A stretch of DNA of 20,000 nt, from sequence record DRR723986_7384; one strand, 5' to 3'. Shown in pieces: positions 18,372 through 20,000 of this stretch (position 1 is its first letter; every line of letters starts with the position of its first letter). Below the pieces are notes generated by a model. It was not told the DNA's origin. It made no database searches and saw nothing but the letters and a program-made list of their open reading frames with translations. The position numbers were made by a program, and so were the translations under genes.

Positions 18372-19214
18372 GTGAAAATTGTTGAAACTGTTGACTCCGC
18401 CTACGCCCACATCGACAACATGCGTCGCGAGGGGAATCGAATTGGCCTAGTGCCCACGATGGGTGCTTTGCACGACGGACATCTGTCGATCGTTCAACGA
18501 TCAAAACAAGAGTGCGAATTTACGGCGGTTTCCATTTTTGTGAACCCGACACAGTTTGGACCACACGAGGACTTTGCAAAGTACCCACGACCGCTCGAAG
18601 ATGACTTGGCAAAGCTGCGAGAACTGGGAGTGGACCTAGTCTTTACGCCTGCCCGCGAACAACTTTACCCAGACGGTTTTTCGTGCCACGTTGGAGTACC
18701 TCGCGTGGCAGAGCCTCTAGAGGGTGTGTGTCGTCCCGGCCATTTTCAGGGCGTTACAACGATCGTCCTGAAACTCTTCCAGATTCTGCCTGCTACGGTC
18801 GCCTACTTTGGACAGAAGGATTATCAACAGCTTGCTGTGATCCGACAAATGGTCGACGACCTGAACGTCCCAATCCGCGTCGAAGGCTGCGCGACGATTC
18901 GTGAATCTGACGGCTTGGCGATGAGCAGCCGTAATCGCTACCTGTCCCCGGAACAACGGGATACATCGTTAGGGCTTTGGAGATCGCTTCAACAAGCCCG
19001 CGAAATGCTGGCAAGCGGTGAGACCTCCGTCAAAGCCCTGGAAGCTTCGATGCATGAGGAACTATATCGAAGTGGTGTCGACAGCATTGACTACGCCCGC
19101 GTCGTTGATGCGGTGGATCTTTCTACGATTGAGCAAATTGAATCATCGGCAGTAGCACTTATTGCCGCCCGCGTCGGTACCACGCGACTGATCGACAACC
19201 TAGTCCTGCAATAG
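18372..19214 (+). CDS. panC: Pantoate--beta-alanine ligase
   Basis: VPTMGALHDGH, SIFVNPTQF, RPGHFQGV, FGQKDYQQ, RESDGLAMSSRNRYL, TRLIDN; GTG start. Confidence 0.97.
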   Translation: MKIVETVDSAYAHIDNMRREGNRIGLVPTMGALHDGHLSIVQRSKQECEFTAVSIFVNPTQFGPHEDFAKYPRPLEDDLAKLRELGVDLVFTPAREQLYPDGFSCHVGVPRVAEPLEGVCRPGHFQGVTTIVLKLFQILPATVAYFGQKDYQQLAVIRQMVDDLNVPIRVEGCATIRESDGLAMSSRNRYLSPEQRDTSLGLWRSLQQAREMLASGETSVKALEASMHEELYRSGVDSIDYARVVDAVDLSTIEQIESSAVALIAARVGTTRLIDNLVLQ

Positions 19215-19244
19215 CCCACCGGCTGAGAATATTGGACAACCGAC

Positions 19245-20000
19245 TTGGAAAACCTAATTATCTTCCCGGTGATCTTCAGCCTAATGGCTGGTGCGATGCT
19301 ATACGGCTACTTCATCATTGCCAATGAGGAAGCCAGTGTCTTCAAGGAACTGATCGGCTTCGCCGGAGTAATATTGGCGGCTTTCGCGTTTGCCATTTTT
19401 GTGGTCTCGATCCAAAGAATCCACCTTGACTCCAAACTTCTATTCATCTCGACGTTCGTCATGGCATGGTCGACATTGTCGGTTGCGGTGCCGCGACTTG
19501 TCATTCGATACATCAAAGGCAACCAGCTATCGCTCGGGTTCTTTTTCCGAATCAGCGGCTATTTTGCTGTGCTCGCAGCATGCTATCGAGCGGTACCGGA
19601 CGAGGCGATTCGGTGGTCCGTTCAGTCGACACCGATGCTGGCCCTTTTCTATGTCGTTGTCGCTACCTCAGGCGTTCATTGGTTCGCACAACTTCAGATA
19701 GTCCTTCCGTGCATCCTGACCGCCACGGTTGCTTTCACATGCCTGACTTTTGGGGACACTCCCGGTGGATATTTCGCAAGATTCAATCGGGATCCCTTCG
19801 AATTCTTCGCACTGCCAAGCTTGGGCATGGCAGTACTTAGCCTGATTTGCTGCTATGTCATGCGGCAGAAAAAACGTCAAGATGCATTGGCACCCAGCGA
19901 CCTGGACTCCAGTGCACCCAGCAGCAACGAATTGCAAGACCGCGATCCACGCAGTGACGACGCACAACTCGACGAACTCCACAGTGACGAACTCCACAGT
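19245..20000 (+). CDS. Hypothetical multi-pass membrane protein, 3' end truncated by the window edge (not in the ORF track)
   Basis: Manual translation from TTG 19245 gives 252 codons with no stop: MENLIIFPVIFSLMAGAMLYGYFII...ELIGFAGVILAAFAFAIFVVSIQ...LLFISTFVMAWSTLSVAV...PSLGMAVLSLICCYVMRQKKRQ...DELHSDELHS. It has about 6-7 hydrophobic segments and starts 30 nt after the panC stop. ATG 19284 is an alternative start. Confidence 0.75.
   Translation, partial: MENLIIFPVIFSLMAGAMLYGYFIIANEEASVFKELIGFAGVILAAFAFAIFVVSIQRIHLDSKLLFISTFVMAWSTLSVAVPRLVIRYIKGNQLSLGFFFRISGYFAVLAACYRAVPDEAIRWSVQSTPMLALFYVVVATSGVHWFAQLQIVLPCILTATVAFTCLTFGDTPGGYFARFNRDPFEFFALPSLGMAVLSLICCYVMRQKKRQDALAPSDLDSSAPSSNELQDRDPRSDDAQLDELHSDELHS
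19941..20000 (+). repeat. 15-bp coding tandem repeat (DELHS units), continuing past the window edge
   Basis: GACGAACTCCACAGT occurs at 19971-19985 and 19986-20000, preceded by the degenerate units GACGACGCACAACTC and CGCGATCCACGCAGT. Confidence 0.75.

Noticed and set aside
19307-19997. Track ORFs 19307..19522(-), 19390..19701(+), 19466..19840(+) and 19668..19997(-)
   Set aside because: They are better explained as alternative frames of the longer membrane-protein ORF starting at 19245.

Overview
This looks like bacterial chromosomal DNA from a Planctomycete, inferred from the DUF1559 prepilin-like, DUF1501, DUF1549/DUF1553, sulfatase and PEP-CTERM genes. From left to right it holds: a sigma70-like promoter and a full-length cobalamin riboswitch leading a two-gene operon (DUF1559 prepilin-type protein, then a DUF4465/BtuJ-like PEP-CTERM surface protein); a divergent GT4/GT9 glycosyltransferase pair; a DUF1549/1553 plus DUF1501 pair; a HUMPS-family enzyme; a ModBC-like ABC permease and ATPase with no binding protein; purF; proB; a three-gene minus-strand operon (EboF-like nucleotide pyrophosphatase, sulfatase, cis-3-hydroxy-L-proline dehydratase-like enolase); panC; and a multi-pass membrane protein, absent from the ORF track, that runs off the right edge in a 15-bp repeat. 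The most interesting element is the B12-riboswitch, pilin-like, BtuJ-like PEP-CTERM module, a candidate cobamide-capture system with no btuB/btuFCD in the operon. All family assignments come from recognising motifs by eye; no searches were run.
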